Of a stretch of 64,000 bases of DNA, positions 26,471-40,358 are shown piece after piece. Position 1 is the first letter of the stretch, and every line of letters begins with the position of its first letter. The position numbers were made by a program, and so were the translations under genes. The DNA is taken from the NCBI GenBank assembly GCA_010909165.1, contig VJWM01000068.1:1364001-1428000 (forward strand). Reading direction: 5' to 3'. The notes beneath the pieces are model-generated. The model was not told the origin of the DNA. It worked only from the letters and a program-made list of their open reading frames with translations, and did not search any database. This stretch comes from Anthoceros angustus. Lineage: Eukaryota > Plantae > Anthocerotophyta.

Positions 26471-29400
26471 TGTAACAGTATCAGAGTCGCAGGCTTGTAT
26501 AATCCACAGCCCAGAGGTAGGTTAGTCTTGTTTAGAGGAGAGCCAGGGAGCAGCAGCATAGGGTCAAGCCTTGAGCCGGGTAGAGAGGCACAAGCCGCCT
26601 TCTTAGACGATTTGGGTAGCTGTGTCGTGTAAGGGAAAAAGTTCGCTCAACTGTGATAAACGAGCTTTTGAGAGCCATCCCCAGTGCATGTGTTAAACGC
26701 TCGCGACGCTCTTCTGGTCTTTCTCTTCTTCCCCACGTAGGCTCAGCAAAGTTTTGAAACTGATGTTGCAGAATTTGCAAGCAGTGACACATGTCAAGGC
26801 CAATCTGCGTCTCTGCAGGTACACGACGACTGAGATGGTGAGGTTCTTGCTGACTGTACGCTGTGGAGTGTGGACTGCTGTGACCCAAGGCCTTTTCGTT
26901 TCTGTCCGGACTCTGGTAGGGCAGAGCTCTGGAAGCCTGGTGGGAGCCAAAGGGAAGAGGACAAGCGAGAGGGGGGAAAAGGTGAGAGAAGAATGGTACT
27001 GTACAGCAGTAGGAGCTCGGAGATTGGTAAGAGTGAGGGGGAAGCAGGAGTGAGGGAAGTGGCAGAAGTGAGTGAGTGCACTGTGGACTCCAAAGGCGGC
27101 CTGCTTCGGGCCGGCGACGGCCGGGACCGGGGCCGGGGCCGGGGCAGTGGCAGACTTGCAGTGCGTTCGTTCCAACTTCAATTCAGGAGTGCGGACGGTA
27201 CTTGTCTCCTGGCATGAATTCGTTCCGCGGCCTCTGCCACTCGCGAGGTCTCCGATCTGGCGCAGCCCAACTTCCCCGTACAGAATCATCTGCATGATCT
27301 ATGAAGGCGTAATCAGAAGCATAATGGGGCTCTAATGCCAGGCCAGATGATGCGCTGGGCTCATCACTCTGCCCTGTCCAGTTCTCTGGAGGTTCGCGCT
27401 CAAGGAACTTGACCGCTGCGAAAGAGGCTTTGACAAGGCAACGCTGCTGATTCCCTCGTCACCCCGTGTCAGTGATGGCAGCACGCCATATGTAACATAT
27501 ATGTTTTCTCCACGACGCCATCACCGCCGCCCACATGCACTCATACATGTGACATCCATGAGTACATATGTATGTATGTATGTACATACATGGGAGTGTG
27601 GTACCCAAGTCTGCGCTGCACCCAGAATCCACAACGGTAACAAACGGAATGCTTTCATGCTTTCATCCAGCCACCGCAAGTCGTGGTCACTGTCTTGGTG
27701 CCGACAGACACACACAGACATGAAAGCCCATCACTGCCCGCAAAGACAATCAAAGCATCGGGAGCCATGCTCGAGTCGAGGGTGGAGAAAAACGAGGCGG
27801 AATCGCGCGAGCAAGCATGGAAATGCAATGATGTTGCACATGCGAGGAGCCTGGGCGTGCGGGCCGTCGCCTGGCTCGGCTCGTGCCACAGCAGGCACTC
27901 CGCTCGGTCAAGGCAGACATGGCTGGCATCATGGCCGGCGGTCTTTCAACAGCCTCTGGCCCTTGCACTACATACTGTATGTATTTACATGCAACATTCT
28001 CTCACTACGAGGAACCCCATTACATGACGGCTCCACCTCCTGCGTCTGCGCCTGCGTCTGCTCCTACGTCTGCTCCTGCTCCTGCCCCTGCCGGAGCCGC
28101 ATGATCCATCACCTGCACTAAAGCCGCCGTGATGGTGCATCGTTCTGGATCCATTACCAGGCTTGCAAATCCGCGTTTGCTGCCAAGCAGGACAGTCAAA
28201 TTGGGTCATTCATGGCGGATGCCAGTCAAAGCAGCCGGAGTCCGGACTTCATGGTACAGCACCAGTGCACTGCGGAGCGCAGCGCCTCCCTGCTCCCTCC
28301 ATTCGAGGCCACACATGGGCAAGGACACGCAGGTTCGGGGGCGCAGGAGGTAGGTGTAGCATCACAAGAGGAAGGCAACACAAAGCGTTTTGCAACAGGT
28401 GAAACATGGACAGGTGGTGGCGATGGCTGTACCGTCATTTCCCCCAACCTGCTGTCCATTTCCTGTACATATTCAGGTGCTCTCGGGGGAACGGCCGAGC
28501 TATGTAGGCATTTTTGTACTTTTTGACAGAGAGTTTAAAATTTCGTATTTATTTTTAATGATTCTTTCACCTAAATATCACAAAAAAGGCTGGCATTTCC
28601 ATTTCGGAATCAAATTAAATCTCAGTTTCATACTCCGTTTCGGTTCAGGTTCCGGTTCGAAATTCTCTTTCCTTGCTACGAGTGAGAAATGAAGCATTGT
28701 GTCGTGGTGCAAAAGACATTTTATACAAGTGTACTTCATGTCTTCTGAACAGGTTGTTATAAATTGTCGTGATAAAGTGTCTCCATATTTTTCAATCAGA
28801 TTTCAGCTTCTTACTTTTTCTAAAGTAGGAGAAACTTGAACCGAAACCTATTGTGTTAAAAGAAAAGAGACCTGAACCCTAATGGAGTTGGGAATTGAAA
28901 TTAAAATAGATTCTTAAATAATAGAAATGGAGTCTAAAACTGAAGTTGAAATTGATTTCAAAGCCACAGAAACCGGTCTGAATTGAAATCGAAATCAATT
29001 TTGAACCCACTCTAGGAGCATCACGAGCACCACGCAAACTATTGTTGAACAGTAAATGACCAATTTTTGTTCTGTGGTGGCAGAAAATGACTATCTTTAG
29101 AAGCTTCACAAACTCAATGAATACTTTCATACATGCCTTGTCTTCATATCACCGTCACGCAATGCTTCTTCGACAACCTGATCGAGGATGAAGGATGTGT
29201 AGGCCAATTAATCTTCCTAGTTATAACACTGTAGGACCTAGAGATGACTTTAGATAAAGAGCTTAGTTGCTCCTTTTTACAACAACCTTTGATATCCCCT
29301 TGTAGATTAGGCTCGTCCATCTATCCTCCTTCAATACATGGCTGACATACTAGACTTTCCTTATCACGTTTTTTTTACACAATTGCTGGTTTCATTAGAG

Positions 29401-29714
29401 CTTAATGCCTTGTCGAAAGACTGGTTAGAGGTTAATGTTGTGTTTCACGCAAGATGGAAGAGGGCCTTTTTGAGTGGGTTTTTCATTTTCGTCAAACATG
29501 GCCGTTTCTCAACCTTCTACGATGAGTCGAACCCTAATATGAAAATATATAAATATATGATAATTATCAGTTTTATGTATTCTATCGTTTCATATTTTAT
29601 TAAATAATATAATATTCTAGTTTCCTTCTATTTCCACGTCTTGAGAGAATCTTCCCACAAAAAACTTAGTTCTCGATGACACAATTCATCTACCCACCAT
29701 TCTCACAGCTTTAA

Positions 29715-30000
29715 TTGATGCAACTTGCTCAATCCAAAATATGACCCCAACGTATCTTGACGAGCCAAAAAAAACTTAGTTGTGGCTAATGCAGCTCCTA
29801 TTTTTTAAGAGTCCGTCTAAAAATTTCATGGACTATGGCCACCATGGCTACTCAAATTGATGCAACTTGCTCAATCCAAAATATGACCCCCAACGTATCT
29901 TGACGAGCCAAAAAAAACTTAGTTGTGGCTAACGCAGCTCCTATTTTTTAAGAGTCCGTTTACAAAATTTCATGGACTATGGCCACCATGGCTACTCAAA
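29715..30000. repeat. ~142-bp tandem duplication in AT-rich intergenic DNA
   Basis: Units 29715-29856 and 29857-30000 (TTGATGCAACTTGCTCAATCC...GGCTACTCAAA), few differences. Confidence 0.92.
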
Positions 30001-30626
30001 ACGTATCCGTCAAAGCTACGGATGATATATGATAATTATTAGCCCATTTTACTCTACCATTTTCTTTATTTCATATTATTTTCTTGATATTCCTACATTT
30101 AGCATCACTAGAGAACGCATTTTTTCCGCTCGGGTTGAGAGGAGTGGAATCTAAGGGAACGGGCTGCCTGGACAGTGTTGTAGGCTATGAAATATTTATA
30201 TTATAATTGACAATTGGAGATTGTCTAAAAATGATCAAAAGGTGAATAATCCGCAGCAAGTGGGGCTGCCTGTTGTTAACGCCCTGCGGGGCTGCTGTTG
30301 ATGAAAATCCTGGTGAAGGACTTCAATGGATACTTTGAAGTACATATTTGTAAAAGTCTTCGAATTTTTTAAGAAAAAACACTTAATAAAACAAATAATT
30401 TTAAAGATACGAAGTAAAATATAAGATAAAGAATCGTTCTGAGTGGATTCGTCATGTCCCTAGGGTGAAGGAATGAGATAACTGTGTGACATCAGGCTTC
30501 TCTTGGATCGGAGAGGGAATGGATGAAATCCTGGTTGCTTAGCTTGTCGCATTTCGGTTGTTGTGTAGATAGTAGAGGGTATTATGAATATAGCTTTCGA
30601 ATACAACTAATATCGACCGACCAAGG

Positions 30627-32359
30627 TCAAGGCAGCCAGGGGAATCGAGAGAAGTCAGGCCTTCGACCTTCCATGTAGGCGTTCCTTCCCTCCTGGCCTT
30701 CCTCGGAGCCGTAAAAGAGCAGCGTTGCATTCCCAGCCAGCTCCTGCACATGCGAGAGCAGGAAGAGGAGAGCTAACTTAGTTCAAGCGCATGGTAATGC
30801 ATGAGTGTATGCGTGACGGGCAACAACATGTACCTGCAGGCCTGCATGGCCATCCTCCGCAGCATTGAGCGCCGACTTGCACACCCGGACGGCAGTTGGG
30901 CTGTTACGCAGGATCTCTCTGCACCATTTCACAGTCTCTTGCTCCAACTCTGCAAGCTGCAAACGAGGTAACGAGTTTGAGCACAGCATCAAGGTAGCCG
31001 GAGGACTTGAACGTAAGACGAAACAGGTCAGCTTACTGGAACTACGGTGTTGACAAGGCCCATCTCCTTGGCCTCCTGTGCATCGTAGAACCTGGCCAGG
31101 AACCACATCTCCCGAGCTTTCTTTTGGCCAACCTGTTGGGACAAGCATGCAGAGTGTGCAAACACGATGGGGGACGGGCATGGCATGGCATGGCATGGCA
31201 TGACATGTGGTCATAGGCTGCACAGAGGCCTTACCAGTCTTGCCATCATGGTGCATCCATATCCAGCATCGAAGCTTCCCACCTGGAGGCACAGGGAACA
31301 GTCCAGGACGACGAGATGAGGCAGGTAGCTTCAGCTGTCTTCAGGCGAAAGCACTTGCCAGAGGCGTTCCAAGAGCCAGAATAGCGACGGTGATCACCTT
31401 CGGGCCAGTTTGGCCAAACACGGCATTGTCAGCTGCGATTGTGAGGTCAGAAACCATGTGCAGAATGTGTCCACCGCCGACAGCATACCCGGCCACCTAG
31501 GGTTCCAGCCAAAGCACAAGCAAGAGAAGTGATGAGCCCGCGCTCCCCTGGCAGCTACTGCTGCAGAGTTCCCAATCCGCATACGAACGACGCACTCACC
31601 ATGGCGATGATGGGCTTGGGCAGCCGTTTCATCTGAACCTGCGGACAGAGCAGGTAACAGCTTCATTCCCATTGTATGGCCTGGTCCCGACCACGACAGC
31701 GTGAGAACAGTACCTGCAAGTCCAGCACGTTCAGTCTCCCATTAGCTCCAAGGCCTTCATACCCATGCTTCCCCCGAACAGCCTGATCCCCTCCGCTGCA
31801 AAACGCCTCAGTGCCCTGCAACAAGGCAACCGATGTGAGGGAATGCGAGGAAATGATTGCACCATCTCCATCCCGTCCGGGGGCGGCATTTACCTTGCCG
31901 GTGAGGATGACGACTCCCACTTTTGTGTCGTCCCGAGCGGCAGCGAAGGACCTTCCCAGCTCTGCCACTGTGAGCGGCGTGAACGCATTCCGCCTCTCCG
32001 GCCTGTTGATGGTTATCTGCACAAACCGCCGAGCGCACACAAAAAATTCAGACCATTCACTGCAATTTTCTTCCCTACCATTCCACCGCATTCCGCTGTC
32101 CTACCTTGACAATCCCCTCGCCCCGGGCCTTCTCGTACAACACTTCCTGGAGCTCCGGCCCAGGGAGGGTCACCGTCTCCCAGACGACGGGCTGGGAGGA
32201 CACCTGCCCGTGCACCCGGCCATAGCTGTTGTTGTAGGTGCTGGCGCAGCTGCTGAACGACAGGGATTCCAGGGGAGGCAGCTCCAAATCCCGGGTCCTC
32301 CTGGAGGGAGCCAAGTGCTGGGACACGGCTGCAACCCGGAATGCAGCACGCTGGTCCAT
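30627..32359 (-). CDS. menB: 1,4-dihydroxy-2-naphthoyl-CoA synthase (MenB/DHNS), peroxisomal
   Basis: N-terminal PTS2-type nonapeptide RVAAVSQHL. Exons encode [115 protein letters not shown]. Confidence 0.95.
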
Positions 32360-33167
32360 CCCCTCCTGCCTTACACTATCCAGGCATTCTAAAGGCCTCG
32401 ACGCGCAGTAATCAGGCCTAAGAGGCCTCGAATCCCATCCACTTTTTGCTCGGCCGCATTTGAGGTCGGCAGGCCGCGAACGCCGGCTGGCGTTGCAAAT
32501 AGAAAGTAGGCAAGCCAAAATTTTGGGATTTGAACAGGCCGTAAGAAGCATGTACCTATCGAAAATCAGCTCGACCTTAGCTGGAGCTTCTCTCTACGGA
32601 TTTCGGTCAATCTTCGAAGCTTTATTTAAAAGCTCCCAGTGAGATTGTATCCCCGTGAATTGTTTCAGTGAAGGTTGCAACCTACTTTTATTTTTCCCGG
32701 TAAGTTTGAAGTCTGAGAATAAGCGCCTTAGGCTCAGCCCCAGCGAACCGAAAGACGGCTTGATCACAACAGGAAGAAGAAGGAGCCGAGGAGGTTGTTC
32801 AAGTCCTACCACAGACTAAGATAATCCCTGACCTCCGTAATTTGGTCATCTCGGAAAAGGAATCCAAGCGGGGAGCCTGGCCAATCCGGTAAACGGCAGC
32901 GGCTCTGCAGCACTTTTTGGGGATCGTACGCCGGTCCATAAGCTGCAGCCTGTTATATCGAGGATGTCTCGAGGCCTGCAGGAGGCTGCAGGAGCCAGCT
33001 ATGGATCTGCTGATTGTCAAGGCTGAGTGGTGGGTGAGACTCCAAAAATGCACTGATAACAAGAAACCAAGGACGCGTCACGTACACTCGCTGCAGCCAA
33101 AGCATCTGAAGGTTCAGTACAAGTCAGTTTCTCAACTACCTATGTAGCGGAAGGTGCCGGTTCAAGC

Positions 33168-35043
33168 CTAGGTCGTTTGATGCCCTGCTTCAGCAAACAC
33201 CACAAACTTCAATCGATACACCGGACACCACATACGCAACAGAAAGCGTTTTGCACACGTTCCGATCCCGAGATGGAATCTAATGGCAACCTTTTTCTGT
33301 CTGGTACTCCGGCGCTTTTGAAGTCTGTCCAGCAGTATTTGCTTCTGCTCCGCATCATAAGCACATGGATGTGAGTAAGTGCTCAGGATGACAGGATAAT
33401 GCATGCCGCATGTCTTCTGACTCAGTTGGGTCACTTAACTCATTCCCGCAGTACATACCTCGTCTTCGGAGCCATGTAAAAAAACTACGTCGTCGTCAGA
33501 GTACCCGACATTACAAAGAGGACATTTTCCATCCCTCACCTGCAAAACATAGGCTGTCAATTTGACGTGCGTCTCCCTACCACGCAAAATGCAACTGCAA
33601 ATCGTTTTGCCCAACAGCAGCCCTGTACTAATTTTTGAACATTCCCTGCCGAAACCGAGTACTATCTGGAAGTCCAGGACCATTAAGATTTCATAGTCAG
33701 CAGACCTGTTGGAGAGTCTGGGTGTTGAAAAAATGCCCACAACTCTGTATGGCTGATAACCTGTAGGAAGGCGCGACTAAATGTGAAATACAGATGTATA
33801 CTCTTCAACTGTGCAAGTGACATGCGAATTGGTGAGCAGAATTGCAATAATCACAGAGCAGTTCATGCCTGCTGGCGAAGGAAGAGCCAGTCAGAGGACA
33901 AATCCATTGCAGTAGACTCTGTCCCTTGACTCTGTCCCTTGATTCCTGCTTTGTGGATGATTCAGGGGCCCTGCAAAATCGCAACTCAAACACATCCTGA
34001 GCCAGGTGCAGGGTCAGTTGGCTCACAAAACTGAAGGTGTAAACCTTTGAGTAAGCTCATGATGCACGTGTCACAGCAACGGGCTACAGTGTGTTCTAAG
34101 GCCAGCCGAACTATGCTTCACCTTGAGAGACCGAATATGGCCATAGTCTGCCTCCCACTGCTCCCGATTCATGTGTCTCCACTGCAGTCCATGAAACATA
34201 TATTGATTTTACAAACACTAGGTGACTCCATGTTTGAGGGGAAGTCAACACTTGCTCAGCAACGCTTTACCAAATGACAGATCCAGCCATGATGGTGACA
34301 TAAATGTGGTATCATGTGATAAGGGTACCAACACAGTTACTTATCTTCACAAGGTAACGACTAACCTTTGCATTGTTGTCAAGAAAGATTTCATTCTTTG
34401 CCAACAAAAACTCCAGAACACTCTCCTTGTTATACCTGAAGAAAGAACCCACCAAGAGATGCATATGCTTAAGACCTACAATTAGAACTCTCTCCATCCC
34501 GAGTCAAGTGACCCATCTGCTGATACCTTGCAGCAAAGGAAAACTGTCACAGGAAGCTATCATTTCCTAAAGCTGTACAGACAATTCCCACCGGCCACAA
34601 TTCCCACCCGAGCAGCAAATTTCCAGTGTCATGCCAACAACAAGGTTGGTAACTGCAGTGTCAAGAGAATAGTACTGCTGATACCACAACGGCAGAAGCT
34701 GAGGGGATTCCCAACGCCACAGTTTCGGACCTCATTGCATGCATGAACAAAATCGACCCTCAGGCAAATGGCCACCTGTATAACTTCAGGAGCAAACATG
34801 TGACGGAACCGCCTCAAGACAGAACTGCTGATCAGACTGCCAACTGGACTAATCGCCGGCACTCCACATCATGGCGTGGCTTCTTGCATCAAATGGATTC
34901 AAGTAAGTAACCAGGGACACAAGAAACTAAGTCACAACGCTGTTTCTCGTTCATATCCCAAGACATGCACCCAAAAAAGTGTCCACGCGGTCCAGAGCCA
35001 CCAGGATCATGAAAGGCTTGCAAGATAGATCACTTCCATGTCA

Positions 35044-35087
<44 letters not shown>

Positions 35088-35420
35088 TCACTTACAACCT
35101 TCCAAGGTGACAGACCATCACGGGCTCCCTGCATATCACATAAACAACTGGTGAACCTCCTCGTGTATCCGACACAGCATGACTTTGTAAGCCTTGCATC
35201 TGGACACATGACCACACCTCAAAGGCAGGCCGGTGAGAGAACAGACGTTCCAACAAGCAGCAGGATCATCCGTGCTGGCCGAGCTGCTAGCCGCCACAAA
35301 GTCCGAGGAAAGTTGTCCCCCCCGAGTAGATCTTTGCTGCGACGTCTGAGAGGCCACCCGCCATGACGATCCACGCAATACATCAGACCTGGAAATGATG
35401 GTGCCGCCATCCAGCCCCAT
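33168..35420 (-). CDS. RTF2: Rtf2 (replication termination factor 2) RING-like family protein, multi-exon
   Basis: Starts MGLDGGTIISRSDVLR. Exons give WNVCSLTGLPLR, EPVMVCHLGR, YNKESVLEFLL, YGHIRSLK|DVFELRF, WICPLTG, SCGHFF, KCPLCNVGYSDDDVVFLHGSEDE. The 3' end is approximate. Confidence 0.8.
35047..35082. repeat. (AG)n microsatellite in an Rtf2 intron
   Basis: About 18 AG units read directly. Confidence 0.95.
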
Positions 35421-35948
35421 GTTCACCAAATTGGCGACTCAACGACGGCGTCCAGAGCTCGTGCTTGCCGGAGAATTTGAACCATTACGCCCATGCCGAT
35501 GTGTCAGGACCTCCGATTACCTTCCCTAAGGTCGGTTTTTTGTAGTTCATTGAAAAAATGCACCTGCACACGCAGAGGGATAGGCAGCCAGATCATTCCT
35601 AAACTAGGTACCTACTTTGGTAGTAGGTGTAACTGTAAGCCACCCGGTGATGAATGTTCGCGGGTTTCACCAGGTCAGATAGCAGCGTATTTTTGTTTTA
35701 GAGGAATTTATACAGCACTTTATAAATGGATGTGATCGTACAGCTCACCGGGAGCAAAAGCAGGGGTCAGACAGAGGCAACAAGTCGAGCAAGCGACCAA
35801 GCAGGCTGGGCCTACACATCGCGGCCAGCATAAAACACAGAAATAGGAATAAAGTGGCAGGCAAGGAGCTTCTTACTCAAACACCTCCCACCATCTCAGA
35901 CTTCATACCATATAGTTCGTTGAGCACACCATCCAGGCACTCCACCAA

Positions 35949-38029
35949 TTATGGTGGACATAAGAACGGGCAGTGATGGTACCACAAAGCCAGGATCCTC
36001 CTTCGCTCGGCTCCATCCCTCTCCATGCGCAGCCCGAATCTTCTCTCATCAGTGTCCTGGGGGAGAGAAATCAAGAGATCAGCGTTTTGCCAATCCCTCG
36101 ATTTGAATCGCTTCGGTTTATCCTTAAGCAATCCAGCAGCATTGAAAAGTACAGACGCCCAAATCTGGCAGAGCAACTTGTTGCACGTTGCAGGATCATC
36201 TCCCTTGAAAATCACGGCCGTCCAGTGGACCCACAAGACATGAATGGTAGTGGCACGAAGCACAGGCCACCATTGTCTTGATAGCCAGGCTTTTCCAGAA
36301 TCACCATCTAATCCAAAGAGCACAGTGAACTCAGATATAGTCAGATTCATGTCCTTCATAATCTTACGAATCCATGAGAGGATCTGCAACCATACTTTTT
36401 GTGCAAGAGTGCACCTGTAAAAGATAAGCTCACTGGTATGCTCTTGTCCCGAGCTGCAAATAGTGCAGGAGGGGCAGCCCATAGCTTCAAAGAAACCATT
36501 CCATCTGTCTGCGTTTGGAAGAGCAATACGTACTATTTGCCAAAGAGTGCACCTGAGACGTTCTAGCACGCCTGGGCTTTTCCAAACCATCCTGAGGATA
36601 CGAGAATGGAGAGCATATCTGACTTGATACTTTGCAGCAATTTTATGAAACTCCTGCGGCATAGAGTCATTCACCAGAAGTCTGTAAATGAATGAGGTCG
36701 AAACGTTAAGAAGTGACTTTGAAGTAGTGGTTTCATCCTCCTGACAAGTATTCGACCATCTCCACCTGCCAGGTTGAATCCGACAGAAGAAGGAGGCCGA
36801 TCCCTCCCACCAAAACTTGAAGCCCCATTGATTGGTCTGGCGGTTAAGTGAACAGCGACCGATTTTGATTGTTCGAAACCAAACAGGATAGTAACTTCCG
36901 TGAGTCCTGTTCCACAATGAGAGATATTACGTTGTCGAGGGGTTAGATAGCCCTCTCTATCAGGGAGAAACCTGTCAAAAAGGAACCCGACATCAGAAGC
37001 CTGGCTACACAAAAAGGCCGAGTCTGGGCACAAGGGGTGAGCCTGTGCCAAAGCAGGGTTGACCATGTAATACCTTCCGTCCTGTACAGCCTCTGGGATT
37101 TGAAGGAGTGTGAGAATTCCGTCAGATAAATCTTGTTGAACACTCTGGAGAATTAAGCGGGCGCATCTCCTAGAAACTTGGAAGTGCAGATATAAGGCCT
37201 AGTCAGGATTCCAAGTGCCCGCAGTATGATCCCAAAGATCTGCTAGAGAGACAATTCCCAGCCAACCTGCATTACGGAAATGCTGTGAGCGCTGAATTGC
37301 AGCAACTCTGTGGAACTTCCAAAGTCATAACAGCCTTGTAGGGGGAGAGCCAGAGCCTCAGCTTTAGAGGTAGGAGCACACCACTTGCACACCTTGAGGA
37401 TACACCGAAAGCTAGTCCAGATGGAATTCCAAAGTGGGGAGCCCCCAGAAACAGCGAGCTTAACAGAGGGAGCAAAGATGTTATGAAGATGTGGAGCCCC
37501 CCGCTGCGAGAGTCGAGCACTCCGTACTTGTACAGAAGAAAACTCTTCCACGGAAAATCTGTAGGCCCGATAGCTTAAGTATCCATTGGGCGTGTAAGGC
37601 TTGAGTTTTGAGAAACGGGTCAACAAGCCTTAGACCTCTATCAGCCTTAGGCTGGATGAGGATCTTCCATGCAACCTTCCTTACTTTGGAGGCTTCATCA
37701 ACCGGGCGACTCCAAAGGAACCGTAAAATCAGCGATTTGAACTTTTCCATATCGCTGGCAGAAGGAGCCCATACGAAAATGTAGTACCATAACGTGGCAG
37801 TGAGGATATGGTTGATGGCAATGATTCTGGCCGGCATACTAAGTTGTAAAACTTGCATGGCCCTAACCTTGCGAATAAAGTTTGCAAACACTTACTTGCC
37901 TAAAGCCATATTTTCATCCCCTTCCTACAGTGGAATTCCGAGATACTTGTGGAAGTGCTGCCCCTGGATCCTGTTAATATGTTTCACCGAAGCAAGCACA
38001 TCATCCCCCACATTCAGTCAGAGCATTAT
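35949..38029 (-). pseudogene. LINE ORF2 3' part (post-RT region and zinc-binding C-terminus)
   Basis: KYLGIPL (~37925-37945), RIIAINHILTATLWY, FLW..KVAWKILIQPKADRGLRL, CTICSSGQEHTSELIFYRCTLAQKVW, WPVLRATTIHVLWVHW. No YADD RT core found. Confidence 0.85.
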
Positions 38030-40358
38030 CATGCCCCAGGATACCTCGGCAACTGCCTCGCCTCCACCCTTAAGCTTGGTCCTGTCCCCACCTTCCAAAC
38101 GAACCTCCATTAGTAAACCTGCCAATCTTCCCAAGACCCCGGGGGTTACCTCTTCGTCCCTTTCACTCACCCAGCCAAAATCCCAGACACCCTGGCCCTT
38201 GCAAGTCCCAAGTCCCTCCCTCAATAAGAAACCCACTTCTGTGAAACCAAGCTCTGTTGTCCCTGCAACTAGCTCTGCCCACCCCTTCCCACCCTTGGAC
38301 ACTACTGCTCCATCAAACGCCCTTGAGTCTTTTGCTTCTGATGGGGCCAACCTCACACCTCTCTCTGCTCCCCCTGACATTCCTTCCTCGAAATTCTGGG
38401 TCTCCAAGAAATCTTCTCACGGTCCTCCCAAGAAATCCGCGTGCTCTTAGCCCATCACTGATACCCTCCATATGGTTGCTCCCCAGCATACCCAAGCTCC
38501 CACACCACATGCTCTGCAAGCCCCTGCCACTTCTCCACACCTGGTAACGCACTCGAAGGTAGGGCCCCCCGTTGAAAATTTTGTCCCCTCCTCGACTTCA
38601 CCCTTGGTTGCCGCGATTACCAGCTCGCCTCTCCTTGGGACTACCTTTGTTGTGGGTTCCTTCGACACTGTGGTTTCCCCCTCCAGTTCCCCCCCTCCTA
38701 CAGCTCTTCTTGCCCTGGAAATTCCCATCCTTGCCTCACCTCCAGCTGCTCATGATCATCCCCTGCCCTCGCCTGGTGTTGGCCTGGGTGGCCGGATATG
38801 TCCTTGTGGGGTGGGGCAACTGGTGACAGCCCACTAGATGTTGTTCCCCTGATATTGGTATGGGTGAGTCTTCCGCAGCGAAGAGGGTAACCTCCCTCTC
38901 GCCCCCCAAAAAGAAGAAGAGGCCCAACTTCGCGGGCACTGTGCGGCGTAGTCCCCTCAATGACCTCCGCAGGACAGTATTGATGCTGGTTTGGGCAAGA
39001 AGCGCCCAAGGGCTGGAGTCTCAGGGGCGGGTCAAGACACTCGGAACACTGAGCTCGATCCTTTACTTCCCCTTTCAGTGGTGTCTCCCATCCCAGGGGA
39101 ACTTAACTCTCTCCAGATTGGGGATCAGCTTCCTGACATGCACATGCCCACGGCTATGGATGATACCGAGGATGACGGGTTGCCTTTACCGGATGGACCG
39201 GTGGAGTGCTCGCCCCCGCCACTTCTCCACACCACATGCTCTGCAAGCCTCGCCACTTCTCCACACCACATGCTCTGCAAGCCTCGCCTGGTGGTGCGCA
39301 ACGCGAATTACCGCTTCTTGGAAATTTCGGGTGACAGCAAACTTGATGCTCTGAAATCTATGCCAAAGTTGCTACGCGAGGGGGGAGCCTTGAGGAATGA
39401 TGACAGCTGGAAATTTGTCCAAGCGGAGGACAGCATGTCTAACGGACAACCCAGGCTTATAGTCTCCATCAAAACAGGGGATGGCGTCGTTGACACTGTA
39501 CAACTACGTGATGACTGGGTATGGAAATCTTGTGAAGCCCATGAACTACCCAATTCGCTCTCTCCCCTTTCGCAAGGGAACAGCTCCTGAGGTCTTCCTT
39601 ATGTTTACACCACCCAGAAGCATCAGAGGTCAGCAGCTCAATGTGCTCTCCTGGAATGTTAGGGGGCTTTCTCGATGGACGAAACAGAATTCAAAGTGCA
39701 GGGCCCTACACACGTATTCCCAGCAAAACGTGGAATGGGACATCTTCTGCATCCAAGAGCATAAATTGGAGTTGAATAAAACGAAAGACGCTAGCCTTTT
39801 AAACGATTGTTCATCCCTGGTAAGACTTACTGGGTTCCTACCACAGGTAGCAGAGGGGGTCTTGCCATCACTGTCCACCCTGATCTGGAAGATTTAGTGA
39901 TTTCTCATGGAAAGGATGGGGGAGGGTGCTTTCATTGGGTGGTGATGCGTCTGCCTTGTGAACTTGTGGGCATTTGTAATGTTTATGCTCCCACAATGGC
40001 AAGGCAAAGATCTGCATTATGGAGGAGGGTCAAGGTGCAGCTGGACCCGGAGGTGGACTGGCTACTGGCATGAGACTTCAACTTCGTGGAGAGGATGCAG
40101 GATCGGGTTGGGGGTAATGTTGATGGTGATATTCAGGGTGGAAGTGCCTGGCAGGAATTACGGGACTCTCACCTCAACATTGAGGACCCATGGCTTGCTC
40201 TCCCTGTTGCGAAAGTGCCTGGCTCACTTTCTTTCAGTTGGTCTAATCAGCAGCAAGTGAGAATCGCCCGCAGGCTGGACAGAATTTATGTACCATCCCC
40301 CTTAGTGTTCAGGATAAAGGAATATGCCATTATCCGGGAACATTATTATCTGATCATG
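38030..40358 (+). pseudogene. Inverted LINE segment: Ser/Pro-rich ORF1 3' part plus ORF2 APE endonuclease (from ATG 39601)
   Basis: Endonuclease motifs on the + strand, opposite to the rest of the element: LSWNVRGL, DIFCIQEHKL, ICNVYAP, (G)DFNFVE, RLDRIYV, LLSDH ending at the breakpoint. Confidence 0.85.

Noticed and set aside
27868-27950. miR160-like sequence (CGCCTGGCTCGGCTCGTGCCA) with a partial fold-back
   Set aside because: Seven mismatches to miR160 and poor pairing with the putative star arm.
28527-29016. hAT-like MITE (CAGAGAGTTTAAAA ... TTTTGAACCCACTCTA with internal CGGTT/AACCG motifs)
   Set aside because: The TIR match is weak and the 8-bp flanks do not form a target-site duplication.
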